Source of the DNA: Coriobacteriales bacterium
Lineage (GTDB): Bacteria; Actinomycetota; Coriobacteriia; Coriobacteriales; UBA8131
DNA length: 40,902 bases
Direction of reading: 5' to 3'
Assembly: GCA_031263105.1 (NCBI GenBank)
Contig: JAISGJ010000042.1
Span: 1 to 40,902, forward strand
Positions 1 through 9,436 of this stretch are shown here, one piece after another. A model generated the notes under the pieces. That model ran no database searches and was not told the origin of the DNA. It saw nothing but the letters and a program-made list of their open reading frames with translations. The position numbers and the translations under genes were made by a program. Numbering within the stretch: position 1 is the first letter of the stretch; each line of letters begins with the position of its first letter.

Positions 1-112
1 CACAGCCCGCGCATGCGCGGGCTGTGACAAAACAGTACCGTCCCCACTGTCACACAAAACAGTACCGTCCCCACTGTCACACAAAAGAACCGTCCCCCTG
101 TGCCCCCCTGAC
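1..112. repeat. Perfect 26-bp palindrome followed by 2 exact and 1 degenerate 27-bp tandem repeats, just downstream of phnL
   Basis: 1-26 CACAGCCCGCGCATGCGCGGGCTGTG is its own reverse complement. ACAAAACAGTACCGTCCCCACTGTCAC occurs at 27-53 and 54-80, with a degenerate copy from 81. A related core (GTACCGTCCCCTCTGTCAC) occurs at 15491-15509. Confidence 0.85.
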
Positions 113-115
113 ACA

Positions 116-880
116 TCAGCCATCGAGGAGTCCCTCCTGCATGTTGTGCTCGCGGTCACAGATGCCTTCCATGAAGTCGAGGTCGTGGAATATCCCGAGC
201 ATCGTCGTGCCGTCCTCCTTCAGGCGCTCGATGAGCTCGCGCACCTTGAGCTTGGAGGCGTTGTCGAGCGAGGCGGTCGGCTCGTCGAGCAGCAGCAGGC
301 GGGGCCTCTTTATCATGGCCATAGCGATGTTCAGCCTGAGCTTCTCGCCGCCCGAGAAGGTGCGCGGGTACAGCCCCCAGAGGGTCGTGGGCAGATCGAA
401 GTGTGCAAGCAGCCGCCGTGCCTCGCTCCGTGCGCGCTCGAGCGCATCCTCCCCCTGCTCCTCCACGGAGTCAAGGGCGCTTTGCAGCACTGCGTCAAAA
501 GCCGTCGTGCGCGGCAGCACCGAGAGGAACTGCGAGATGTAGCCTATCTCGAAGCGCCTGAGCCAGACCATCGACCGCTCGTCCGTCCGCGCCAGGTCGA
601 TGCGCCCGAAGCGCGCGGAATCGTACCAGATGCTCCCTGCCTGCGGCAAGTTGGTGCGGTAGACGCTGCGCAGGATCGTCGACTTGCCGCTGCCGCTCTT
701 GCCCGTGATGCCGACGAACTCCCCGGGACGCAGCCTCAGATGTATGCCGCAGCAGGCGACGACGCGCCGGTTCGCCTCGTGCAGGTCGAAGCGCTTGGAG
801 AGTCCTGCGATCTCGAGCAGCCAAGGGGTGCCGTCGCCTTGGCACACGCCGACCCCTCCGTCCGCGCTCGGGGCGCTCAT
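116..880 (-). CDS. phnL: C-P lyase system ABC-type ATPase PhnL
   Basis: Walker A GKSGSGKST, FSGGEKLRLNIA signature, LLLLDEPTASLD and GIFHD. The ATG at 880 overlaps the phnM stop (ATGA). The longer ORF-track start at 1267 lies inside phnM. Confidence 0.92.
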   Translation of the reverse strand: MSAPSADGGVGVCQGDGTPWLLEIAGLSKRFDLHEANRRVVACCGIHLRLRPGEFVGITGKSGSGKSTILRSVYRTNLPQAGSIWYDSARFGRIDLARTDERSMVWLRRFEIGYISQFLSVLPRTTAFDAVLQSALDSVEEQGEDALERARSEARRLLAHFDLPTTLWGLYPRTFSGGEKLRLNIAMAMIKRPRLLLLDEPTASLDNASKLKVRELIERLKEDGTTMLGIFHDLDFMEGICDREHNMQEGLLDG

Positions 881-2268
881 GCGCAGCGCTCCCGCCGGAC
901 GAGGCAGGGATAGCACGACCGATAGACGACGTGGCCGTCCACGAGCGCCCGTTCGACGAAGGGCGTCCCCGGGCCTTCTCCCTCCCCCACACCCCAGCTT
1001 TCTCCTGCGTCCGCGCCCGACCCCGCGCCCACGTCCCGGCCCGGCCCCTCCCCTGCGCCCCGGCCCTCCCCGATGCCGTCGTGCTCCCGTATGACGAGGA
1101 GGTCGGCGCACTTGCCGACGGCGACCTCGCCCAGCTCGTGCGCGATGCCGGCCGCGCGGGCGGGGTTCACGGTCACCAGCGCAAAGGCGCGCGCGAGGTC
1201 GATGCCGCAGCAGCGGTTGAGCGCAAAGACCGCCGAGAGCAGGGCGGCCGGACAGTAGTCGCTGCACAGGATGTCGGTCGCCCCGGCGCCGATGGACTCG
1301 CGCGCCGAGAGGTTGCCGGAGTGCGAGCGGCCGAGCAGCACGTTGGGCGCGCCCGCGATGGTGTGGAGGCCCCGCGCCCGCGCGGCCTTGGCGATGTCAA
1401 GCGTCAAAGGGAACTCCGAGATGGACACGCCGATCCCCTGCATGGCCGCAAGCTTCGCTGTGCTGTCGTCGTCGTGGGAGGCGACGGCGATGCCGCGCTG
1501 CTGCGCGATGCGCGCCAGACGCCCCATCTGCTCCAGCGTGAGCCTCGGCGCCGCCTGCTGGGCCGCCACCACGTCGTGGACCTCCGCATCGGACAGGGAG
1601 GGCCGGTAGCCCTTGAGCGTGTCGCCGAAGACCTTGAGGTCGCGGTACTGCCCCTGCCCGGGGGTGTGGTCCATAAAGGAGAGCAGGTCGATCCGCCCGT
1701 CCCGAAGAAGGCCCTCTATCTGCTCCAGCCGGTCGACCGCGTCGGCCTCGACGCGCAGGTGGACGCGGTGCCGGACGAGGTGCCGTCGCGCCTCGCCCGC
1801 ACGCATCCCGTCGATGAGGGCGACAAGGCGCGAGACGTTCTCGAAGCGGCGGATGGGCTTATGGTCGAAGACGAGCATGCGGTAGACGGAAAGCGAGTGG
1901 TAGATGGTCGTCACCCCGTAGGCGGCCATCTCGCGGTCGGTGCCGAACAGGGCCGCGCCCAGGTCCATGAGCACGCCGGGGCGCGGCGACGCCACGCCTT
2001 CCACGTAGTCGGAATGGATGTCAATGAAACCGGGCGCGACCCAGGCGCCCCGAGCGTCGATGACCGCGGCGCCGGGCGGGGGCGGGGCTGACAGCTTGTC
2101 TGGGCGGGCCGGGGGTGCGTCTGGGCGGGCCGGGGCGGAAGCGCTCGGCCGTATCCCCACGATGCGCCCCTCCTCGACCACCACGTCATGGGCGTAGGCG
2201 ACGCGGTCGGCCAGCACCACGTTGCCGCCGCGTATGACCGTGGGGCCTGCCGCTCCTGTGCTGCTCAT
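877..2268 (-). CDS. phnM: Alpha-D-ribose 1-methylphosphonate 5-triphosphate diphosphatase PhnM (amidohydrolase)
   Basis: PGFIDIHSD, SFMDHTPGQGQYR, ASHDD, GAPNVLLGRSHSGNLSA and LCSDY motifs; phn operon context. Confidence 0.95.
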   Translation of the reverse strand: MSSTGAAGPTVIRGGNVVLADRVAYAHDVVVEEGRIVGIRPSASAPARPDAPPARPDKLSAPPPPGAAVIDARGAWVAPGFIDIHSDYVEGVASPRPGVLMDLGAALFGTDREMAAYGVTTIYHSLSVYRMLVFDHKPIRRFENVSRLVALIDGMRAGEARRHLVRHRVHLRVEADAVDRLEQIEGLLRDGRIDLLSFMDHTPGQGQYRDLKVFGDTLKGYRPSLSDAEVHDVVAAQQAAPRLTLEQMGRLARIAQQRGIAVASHDDDSTAKLAAMQGIGVSISEFPLTLDIAKAARARGLHTIAGAPNVLLGRSHSGNLSARESIGAGATDILCSDYCPAALLSAVFALNRCCGIDLARAFALVTVNPARAAGIAHELGEVAVGKCADLLVIREHDGIGEGRGAGEGPGRDVGAGSGADAGESWGVGEGEGPGTPFVERALVDGHVVYRSCYPCLVRRERCA

Positions 2269-2311
2269 AAGCTGTTCCTTTCCTGCTCTGCCACGCCTCG
2301 CGCCGCCTCGC

Positions 2312-3157
2312 TCAGAGAAGGGAGTCGACGAGCTGCTGGGTGTAGCGGTGCTGGGGGTCCTCGAGCACCTGGTCGGTCAGCCCGCCTTCGACGATGCGGC
2401 CTTCGAGCATCACGAAGGTGCGCTGTGCGAGCATGCGGACGACCCCGAGGTCGTGGCTGACCACGAGCATGCTCACCTTGAACTCGCGCCGCAGCTGCAG
2501 GACGAGGTCGAGCACCTTGGCCTGCACGGACAGGTCGAGCCCTGTTGTGACCTCGTCGAGCAGGAGGATGGGCGGGCTGTTCGAGAGCGCCTTGGCTATC
2601 TGCACGCGCTGCTGCATGCCGCCCGAGAACAGGCGCGGCGGCTCGGCGGCGCGCTGCGAGGGGATGTTGACGCGCCCGAGCAGCCAGAGCGCCCGCTTGC
2701 GCATCTGCGAGACGTTGCGGTGCCCGGCGGCTATCATCTGCTCGGCGATGTTGGAGAGCGCACTGTAGTCCATGCGCAGGCCGAGATGGGGGTTCTGGTA
2801 GACCATGCCGAACACGGTGTCGCGTATGGCGCGCTTCTGCTGGTCCGTGCAGGCGAGGAGGTTGCGGGCGCCTCCCTCGACGGGGGCCGCACGGACGTCG
2901 CCCTCCGTCGCCTGCTGGTCGAAGCAGAGGCAGCGCATGAGGGTCGACTTGCCGCTGCCCGACTCGCCGACGATGCCGACTATCTCGCCGGGATACACCG
3001 CAAGCGAGACGTCACGCAACGCGTGCACCGTCCCGCATCGGGGACAGAGCGCTCGCTCGGGGGGCGTCTCAGGGTCCAGGCAGTGCGGGCATCCGGGCCC
3101 GAAGCGGCAGGAGAGGCCGCTGAGGGAGAGGGCGGGCGCCTCGACCTCCCAGCTCAT
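2312..3157 (-). CDS. phnK: C-P lyase system ABC-type ATPase PhnK
   Basis: GESGSGKST, FSGGMQQRVQIAKAL, LDEVTTGLDLSVQA and the PhnK-typical C-terminus GLTDQVLEDPQHRYTQQLV. ATGA overlap with phnJ. Confidence 0.95.
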   Translation of the reverse strand: MSWEVEAPALSLSGLSCRFGPGCPHCLDPETPPERALCPRCGTVHALRDVSLAVYPGEIVGIVGESGSGKSTLMRCLCFDQQATEGDVRAAPVEGGARNLLACTDQQKRAIRDTVFGMVYQNPHLGLRMDYSALSNIAEQMIAAGHRNVSQMRKRALWLLGRVNIPSQRAAEPPRLFSGGMQQRVQIAKALSNSPPILLLDEVTTGLDLSVQAKVLDLVLQLRREFKVSMLVVSHDLGVVRMLAQRTFVMLEGRIVEGGLTDQVLEDPQHRYTQQLVDSLL

Positions 3158-3993
3158 GCCGGCACCTCCTCCTGCGCCGTCCGGCGCGACAGGCAGCGGT
3201 CCGTGTCATTGCACTGGTAGCGGGTCGCGCCGTCGGCATCCACCGTCTCGTCGAGATACCCGCAGGTCGCCCCGCAGAGCCGGCAGGCCGCCCCTCCGAA
3301 GGACTCGACCGCGAACGGATAGTCCTCGAAGTCGAGCGGCACGACGTCGGTGAAGGGCGGAATCGCGTATATCTTCTTCTCCCGGCCCGCGCCGAACAGG
3401 GTGAGGTGGGCCGCCTGATGGAGCCTCCGGTTGTCGAAGCGGGGGATAGGGGAAGGCGCCATCACGTAGCGTCCCCCGACGAGCACGGGATGGTCGGCAC
3501 CGGTCGCCGCGCTGCCGAAGCGCACCACCTGCTCGAACAGCTGCAGCCAGGCACCCGTGTAGTCGGCCTCGGCATGGAGGCGGCGCGTCTTAGTCTCGCG
3601 CGGCTCGATGGCACGCAGCGGCTCGGGGGTCGGGACCTGCAGAACCAGCAGCTGATGCTCCTCCAAAGGCTGCTCGGGCACCCGATGGCGCGACTGTATG
3701 AGCGTCGCTGCCGCCGTGCGGGTGGTGACCTCCACGCCCGTGACCATGGTGACGAGCCGTTTGATGCTCACCGCGTTCACGCTGTCGTCATGGCCCTGGT
3801 CGATGACCTTGAGCGTGTCGTCGGGCCCGATGACGGCCAGGGTTATCTGGAGGCCGCCCGTGCCCCATCCCCGCCCGATGGGCATCTCGCGCGAGGCGAA
3901 GGGCACCTGGTAGCCGGGGATGGCTATGCCCTTGAGGATGGCGCGTCTGATCTCACGCTTTGAGCCCTCGTCGAAGTATGCGTAGTTATACAT
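3154..3993 (-). CDS. phnJ: Alpha-D-ribose 1-methylphosphonate 5-phosphate C-P lyase PhnJ (radical SAM)
   Basis: YNYAYFDEGSKREIRRAILK, PGYQVPFASREMPIGRGWGTGG and the C-terminal CRLC...CNDTDRC cluster ligands. ATG at 3993 preferred; alternative TTG at 4008. Confidence 0.96.
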   Translation of the reverse strand: MYNYAYFDEGSKREIRRAILKGIAIPGYQVPFASREMPIGRGWGTGGLQITLAVIGPDDTLKVIDQGHDDSVNAVSIKRLVTMVTGVEVTTRTAAATLIQSRHRVPEQPLEEHQLLVLQVPTPEPLRAIEPRETKTRRLHAEADYTGAWLQLFEQVVRFGSAATGADHPVLVGGRYVMAPSPIPRFDNRRLHQAAHLTLFGAGREKKIYAIPPFTDVVPLDFEDYPFAVESFGGAACRLCGATCGYLDETVDADGATRYQCNDTDRCLSRRTAQEEVPA

Positions 3994-5233
3994 CTGTTCC
4001 ACGGGCAACGCCCCCTTCTGTCAGGTCGTCGGGTTCCTGCATGGAGCCCTCCTGCACGCAGGGCGGGGGCATGTCGTCGTCGGGTTCCCGCTCCGCGTTT
4101 CCCTGCGCACGGGTCGTGCGCACGCTGTCGAGCTTGGACTGGAAGGTGACGTAATGGGGCAGCTTGAGATGGGAGACGAAGCCCGTCGCCTCGACTCCGT
4201 CCACGTGCAGGAGCACGAACTCCTCGTCCTCGGTGGGGAAGCCGCCGCCCGTGCCGTCCCCTGCGCCACCGCCTGTGCGCTCAAGGCAATGGTCGAGCAC
4301 GCTCATCGCTATCGCCTTGCTCTCGCAGCGGCCGAGCACCATGCCGTAGCCGATGTCGAGGGAGAGCGCGCCCCCCGCTGCATCCTCGACCTCGAAGAGG
4401 CTCTCGACCTCCGTCACCGGGACCGAGCCGAGGTAGCAGGCGTCCTCGCTGCCACCGGTGCAGAGCGGGTGGTCGACCAGGACCTCGACGCTCCCTGAGC
4501 ACAGCTCGCCCACGGTGGGATGGGCGGGCCCGAAGCCCCGGATGGCCGCATAGCCCAAGGCGAGCACCGCCTGCGTCATCCCGCGCGCAAGGGTCTGGAG
4601 CCGGGCCGAACGGGGGGCGGGAAAGCTCAGCGGCTCCATCGTGACGTCGCAGGGCTCGGTGTCGTCCGGGGCAGGCGGCACCATGAGCCCCTGCTCGACG
4701 AGATAGGCGCTCACGCGCGGCAGCCCCGAGAAGCCCGCCCTCCTCACCAGCTCCTCGGGCACGACGCGCGGGGCAGAGGCGAGGGTGCCCACATCAGCGA
4801 CGGCGGAGGCCGCAGCAGCCGGTGCGGCCTCGACGTCCAGCGTGAAGTCCAGCAGGCGGTGGCTGTAGTCGCGCGTCAGGCCGAGGAGCTGGCCGCCCGG
4901 GACGTCCTTGAACGCCGCCGAGATGCGGCGGGACACCTGCATTCCGTCCGTCTCCACCACGCGCGAGGCATAGGAGCGCTCCAGCGTCGAGCGGAAGGCG
5001 CGCAGCAGGAACACGGCCTCCTCGACCGAGCCGCCGCCCTGCCTGAGCGCCAGGGCCGCAAGACGGGGGGCGTACAGGGACCCCTCCCCCATGACCTGGT
5101 CTATGAGCTCGGGGACGGCTGCGGCGAGGGCGTCGAGCGGGAGAGGGCCGGGGGCTGCGTGCAGCTCGTCGCACAGGAGCCCAAGGCTTGCCGCTATGGC
5201 CTCCTCGCCCCCGCTGACGGCGACATAGGCCAT
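3986..5233 (-). CDS. phnI: C-P lyase complex subunit PhnI
   Basis: MAYVAVSGGEEAI N-terminus, RRISAAFKDVPGGQLLG and GFVSHLKLPHYVTFQS. ATG at 5233 with a GGGGAGGG RBS. Confidence 0.95.
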   Translation of the reverse strand: MAYVAVSGGEEAIAASLGLLCDELHAAPGPLPLDALAAAVPELIDQVMGEGSLYAPRLAALALRQGGGSVEEAVFLLRAFRSTLERSYASRVVETDGMQVSRRISAAFKDVPGGQLLGLTRDYSHRLLDFTLDVEAAPAAAASAVADVGTLASAPRVVPEELVRRAGFSGLPRVSAYLVEQGLMVPPAPDDTEPCDVTMEPLSFPAPRSARLQTLARGMTQAVLALGYAAIRGFGPAHPTVGELCSGSVEVLVDHPLCTGGSEDACYLGSVPVTEVESLFEVEDAAGGALSLDIGYGMVLGRCESKAIAMSVLDHCLERTGGGAGDGTGGGFPTEDEEFVLLHVDGVEATGFVSHLKLPHYVTFQSKLDSVRTTRAQGNAEREPDDDMPPPCVQEGSMQEPDDLTEGGVARGTDV

Positions 5234-5235
5234 GC

Positions 5236-6048
5236 CTACCCCTCCCCCTGCAAGGCGCGCGCACCTGCGGAGGCCGCCGCTGTCGAAGCGCCGCCGGGGC
5301 CCACGCCTGCGGGAACCGCCGCACCCGAAGCATCGCCGCCGCCCTCCCCCTGCAAGGCGCACACGCCTGCCTTTATCCGTGCCGTGCGCGGCAGGCCGAC
5401 AAGGTTGCCCTGGCGGTCGACGAGGAGCAGGTCGATGCCGCAGGGGAACTCGTCATGCCGGCGCAGGCGCCCGGCGAACCAGCCGTCCTCGCTGCTCGCA
5501 AAGAGCTGATGCGACCTGACGCCGGGGCCTGCGACCTCCCACAGGAAGCCCTCCGCGCCGTCGTGGGGCCGCTGGCGCCCCACGTCGCCGGACGCCCGCT
5601 GGCGCTCCGCAGCGTCGGACAACCGTCGGCATTCCACGAGGGCCGTGGCGCCGCGCTCGGGGGAGAGGGCAGTGCCGCCCGTGAGGGCTGCGATGAGGGC
5701 CGCCTGCTCGGCTCTCGGGACATCGGCGGTGAGGAGCGCAAAGGAGGCCCGGTCGGGCGCCACACGTGCCGCAGAGGTCGTGAGGCCGACATGGGCGGCG
5801 ACGTGGCCGGCCAGTTGTGCGCCCCCGTCCGAGGCGCACGATGCCACGGCGAAACCGCAATGCCGGTCGAGGAGCGTCCGCACGATGCACTCGAGAAAGG
5901 GATTGGCGAGCTGCGCGCCTGGGAGCGTCGGTACCCGGAAGATGCGCCCGGGACGCGCCAGGGCGTCCATGAGCGCACGGAAGGCGCACTGGGTGACGAA
6001 TATGCGAGGGTCGTGCGCTTGCACAGGGGCCCTTTCTTGGTCATACAT
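5236..6048 (-). CDS. phnH: C-P lyase system protein PhnH
   Basis: QCAFRALMDALARPG, GGTALSPERGAT and EFPCGIDLLLVD...VGLPRTARI; lies between phnG and phnI. Confidence 0.9.
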   Translation of the reverse strand: MYDQERAPVQAHDPRIFVTQCAFRALMDALARPGRIFRVPTLPGAQLANPFLECIVRTLLDRHCGFAVASCASDGGAQLAGHVAAHVGLTTSAARVAPDRASFALLTADVPRAEQAALIAALTGGTALSPERGATALVECRRLSDAAERQRASGDVGRQRPHDGAEGFLWEVAGPGVRSHQLFASSEDGWFAGRLRRHDEFPCGIDLLLVDRQGNLVGLPRTARIKAGVCALQGEGGGDASGAAVPAGVGPGGASTAAASAGARALQGEG

Positions 6049-6604
6049 CGCTCGTCGCCTCCCTCGCCATCGACGAGAACTCGACCCGGGTCCGCCCGAT
6101 GCGCTCCTGTCCGATGCGGCGGGCTGCGGCCAGCCGGGCCTCCTCGGCTTGGAGCAGCGCGACCCAACCGGACTCCTCGGGCAGGGGCGCGGGTGCGCTC
6201 ATCACTGCGTCGACGACCGCCAGCGCGAAGGCTCGCTGACGCTCGGAACCGAGCAGGAGGCCGATGCCGGGCAGCTCGCCAAGGCGCACGCGGCATTCGG
6301 TCGCCAAGGCCTCCCCCAGGTAGAACAGGCCGCCCCGGGCGCTCTCGCGCACCTTGAGGACGACGAGCATCTCGTGCGGGGCGGCCAGCGTCACGACAGT
6401 GTGGCGCCGAAGGGCCTGTGCACAGAGCCGTGCCGAGAGGCCGGGGTCGCCCTCGACCAGAATGCGCGTCCTTTGCAGACGGCCCATCCGAAGACCTGCG
6501 GCAACGCCTCCCACGCAACTCGCAGGCTCGTCGCCCTTGCGGCCCGAAGTCCCCTTGTCCGCACGCCCTGCGCCCCCGCCGCCCATCCGAGACTCCTCGC
6601 TCAT
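6041..6604 (-). CDS. phnG: C-P lyase system protein PhnG
   Basis: KVRESARGGLFYLGEALATECRV and RTRVEFSSM. The ATG at 6604 overlaps the phnE stop; an alternative start at 6487 (MGRLQRTRIL) gives the canonical core. Confidence 0.88.
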   Translation of the reverse strand: MSEESRMGGGGAGRADKGTSGRKGDEPASCVGGVAAGLRMGRLQRTRILVEGDPGLSARLCAQALRRHTVVTLAAPHEMLVVLKVRESARGGLFYLGEALATECRVRLGELPGIGLLLGSERQRAFALAVVDAVMSAPAPLPEESGWVALLQAEEARLAAARRIGQERIGRTRVEFSSMAREATSDV

Positions 6605-7605
6605 GACCGAATATACCTCCTCCTCAGCCGCGTCGCAACGAGCTCGAGCGCCGCTGCGACCGCCAGGCAGAGGTAGACGATGAAGCCGACCTCGTGGATG
6701 TTGTGGTAGAAGCTGCCGGCAAGGAACAGTTGCAGCCCTATGCCCCCTGCCCCTGCGACCGCACCGACGGCGACTGCGTTGACGAAGTTTATCTCGAAGC
6801 GGATGAAGCCCCACGAGAGCATCTCGCTCGTCTTCTCGGGGACCACCGCCTGGAACACGGTCTGCCACCAGGACGCGCCGCTCGCGCGCAGGGCCTCGAT
6901 GACACCGGGATCGACCTCCTCGAAGCTCTCGGAATAGGCCTTGACGAGGAAGGCGACGCTGTGGAACAGCAGGCCGCAGACCGCCGCCTCCGGCCCCAGG
7001 CCGATGGCGACCGTGAAGATGAGGACCCACAGTATGGTCGGGACGGCCCGGAAGAAGGACATGACCGCCTTTATCCCATTGCTGACAAGGCGGTTCGAGA
7101 GGTTCGCCGCCGCGAGCAGGCCGAGCACGAAGGCGAGGGCTGCGCCGACGAAGGTGGTGAGCACGGCGAGCCCCAAGGAGACGAACAGTCCCCCCGTCAC
7201 GTCGCCGAGGCCGAAGTGCTTGTCGATGTAGGGCTGCGTCATCATGACGAGGAAGTCCCTGAGCATGGCGGAAAGGGCCGCAAGAAAGGGCGTCTTGCCG
7301 TAGTCGAGGGCCAGCATCGTGTACGCGGTCAGCAGGGCGAGCACCACGACCACCGCGCCGAGCATCACGTTGGGCCGCGAAAGCGTGCGGATGCGGATAA
7401 GGCCGTGCCGGTTGTGCAACACGACGCGCCCCACCGCCTCGTCAAGGCCGCGTGCGCCCCCGACGGCGGCAAGGCCGGGAGCCGCAAGGCCCTGCCCAGG
7501 GCCGGGGGCGGCAAGGCCCTGACGGACGATGCCGTAGGTCACCGTGCCGAGCGGCAGCTGGGGGACGGGCGGGCGGCCGTTCGCAAGGGGCGGGCGGACG
7601 TTCAC
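6601..7605 (-). CDS. phnE: Phosphonate ABC transporter permease PhnE (second copy)
   Basis: Hydrophobic helices, RAVPTILW, EAA loop EEVDPGVIEALRASGAS and GAVAGAGGIG. GTGA overlap with the upstream permease; start uncertain because of a low-complexity N-terminus. Confidence 0.9.
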   Translation of the reverse strand: MNVRPPLANGRPPVPQLPLGTVTYGIVRQGLAAPGPGQGLAAPGLAAVGGARGLDEAVGRVVLHNRHGLIRIRTLSRPNVMLGAVVVVLALLTAYTMLALDYGKTPFLAALSAMLRDFLVMMTQPYIDKHFGLGDVTGGLFVSLGLAVLTTFVGAALAFVLGLLAAANLSNRLVSNGIKAVMSFFRAVPTILWVLIFTVAIGLGPEAAVCGLLFHSVAFLVKAYSESFEEVDPGVIEALRASGASWWQTVFQAVVPEKTSEMLSWGFIRFEINFVNAVAVGAVAGAGGIGLQLFLAGSFYHNIHEVGFIVYLCLAVAAALELVATRLRRRYIRS

Positions 7606-8432
7606 AGTATCGCCCTTCTGACGAGGTTCGACGTGAGCTCGAGCGCTATGACCACGACGACGACGGCGAGCACCACCAGGCCGGCGTTGTCGTAGCGGAA
7701 GCTCTTGTAGTAGAGGTCGAACACGAAGCCGATGCCCGTGCCCGTGAGGATGCCGACGAGCGTGGCGTCGCGCACGTTGGTCTCTATCATGAACAGCACC
7801 CAGCTGACGACCGCGGTCGCGCTCAGGGGCATGACCGCCTGGGCGACCAGCTGCCCGTAGGTCGCGCCGGTCGCGCGCAGGGCCTCGACCGCACCGCCGC
7901 TCACCTCGTCGATGCTCTCGAGGAAGCAGCGGGTCAGGTAGCCGAGGCTGCCGAGGAACAGGGCAAGGTAGCCGGTGAACTCGCTTTGCCGAAACGACAG
8001 CAGCAGAAGCAGCGCCCAGGCGACCGTGGGGATGTTGCGCAGCAGCGACGCGACGGCGCGCACGGCAAGGGGGACGGGCCCTCCCAAACCGACGGAGCGC
8101 GAGCCGATCACGGCGAGCAGCAGCGCAAGGACGGCCGCCGTGCAGCTCGCGGCGACCGAGACGAGGACCGTCGAGGCGAGCTGGGAGACGATGGTGCCCA
8201 ACTTGGAGAAGGACGCGACGGTGGGCATGAAGTTCGAGAACATCCAGACGATGCCGCCCGGAAGGTCGTGCAGGGCCGCCGGGAGGTCGAATCCGAGCAG
8301 GGAGCCGATCGCCCCGTTGAGCACGAGAAGGACGGCGGCCGCAAGCGCGACGAAGAGCGTGCGCCTGCGGAAGAAGCCGACGGCCCTCTCCAACGCCTCC
8401 GCGCTCCTCGATGCCTCCGCCTCCATCAGCAT
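7602..8432 (-). CDS. phnE: Phosphonate ABC transporter permease PhnE (first copy)
   Basis: RNIPTVAW, ESIDEVSGGAVEALRATGA and ETNVRDATLVGILTGTGIG. Confidence 0.92.
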   Translation of the reverse strand: MLMEAEASRSAEALERAVGFFRRRTLFVALAAAVLLVLNGAIGSLLGFDLPAALHDLPGGIVWMFSNFMPTVASFSKLGTIVSQLASTVLVSVAASCTAAVLALLLAVIGSRSVGLGGPVPLAVRAVASLLRNIPTVAWALLLLLSFRQSEFTGYLALFLGSLGYLTRCFLESIDEVSGGAVEALRATGATYGQLVAQAVMPLSATAVVSWVLFMIETNVRDATLVGILTGTGIGFVFDLYYKSFRYDNAGLVVLAVVVVVIALELTSNLVRRAIL

Positions 8433-8463
8433 GCCTCTCTGTGTGCCGACAGCCTGGCCTCCA

Positions 8464-9423
8464 TCAGCACGCCTCCGCAGGCACCAGCGGCCTGGGCTTC
8501 CCGGCCTCGGCGGGCCCCATGTCGTAGACCCTGCGTATCGTCTCCTCGCCCATGGCCGAAGGGGCGCCGTCGAACACCACGGCGCCGTTGCGCAGGGCGA
8601 TGATGCGGTCGGAGTAGTCGAGCGCGTAGTCCACCTGGTGCAGGTTCACCAGGCAGGCGATGCCGAGCGTGTCGGCGATGGCGCGCAGGTAGCCCATGAT
8701 GACGCGCGAGGACTTGGGGTCGAGGCTTGCCACCGGCTCGTCGCAGAGCACGAGCAGCGGGTCCTGCACCAGGGCGCGTGCGATGCCCACACGCTGCTTC
8801 TGGCCGCCGGAGAGCCGGTCGGTGCGCACGTAGGCGAACTCGACGATGTCCAGCTGCGCCAGGATGTCGAAGGCCTTGGCCTTCTCGGCCTCGGTGTACA
8901 GCCCCACCATGCCCGCGAGCGTGGACTTGTAGCCCAGGCGCCCATGGAGCACGTTCTCTATGGTGGTGAGGCGGTGCACGAGGTTATAGTGCTGGAATAT
9001 CATGCTGATCCTGCGGCGCAGCATCCTCAGCTCGCGTCGGCCGAAGCCTGTGACCTCGCGGCCGTCGAAGACGATGCTGCCGGCGTTGGGCTCTATCATG
9101 CGGTTGATGCACCGCAGGAGCGTGGACTTGCCCGCCCCCGAGGGCCCGATGACGCTGACGAGCTCGCCCCGACGCAAGGTGAGGCTCACCTCGTCGAGTG
9201 CGGGACGCGTCCTCGTGTAGCTCTTGGAGAGCCCCTCGATGCGGAGAAGTTCGGGCGAGACGGCGGGAGCGGCCGTCCCGCCTGCCCCCGCCGCACCTGT
9301 CGCCGCCGCCCCGTCGCCGACCGCCGCGCCTGTCGCGCTCACGCTCACGCTCGCGCCCGCCGCGCCTGCCGCAGCCGCGCCCGCGCCCGCCGCGCCCGAG
9401 CCCGCCAACCCACTGCCTCGCAT
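8464..9423 (-). CDS. phnC: Phosphonate ABC transporter ATP-binding protein PhnC
   Basis: GPSGAGKSTLLRCINR, IFQHYNLV, LSGGQKQRVGIARAL, DEPVASLDP and VNLHQV; roughly 55-aa Ala/Gly-rich N-terminal extension. Confidence 0.93.
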   Translation of the reverse strand: MRGSGLAGSGAAGAGAAAAGAAGASVSVSATGAAVGDGAAATGAAGAGGTAAPAVSPELLRIEGLSKSYTRTRPALDEVSLTLRRGELVSVIGPSGAGKSTLLRCINRMIEPNAGSIVFDGREVTGFGRRELRMLRRRISMIFQHYNLVHRLTTIENVLHGRLGYKSTLAGMVGLYTEAEKAKAFDILAQLDIVEFAYVRTDRLSGGQKQRVGIARALVQDPLLVLCDEPVASLDPKSSRVIMGYLRAIADTLGIACLVNLHQVDYALDYSDRIIALRNGAVVFDGAPSAMGEETIRRVYDMGPAEAGKPRPLVPAEAC

Positions 9424-9436
9424 GGCAACCTGCCCT

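Noticed and set aside
27..112. 27-bp repeats as a CRISPR array
   Set aside because: The repeats are directly adjacent with no spacers, there are only 2-3 copies, and no cas genes are present.
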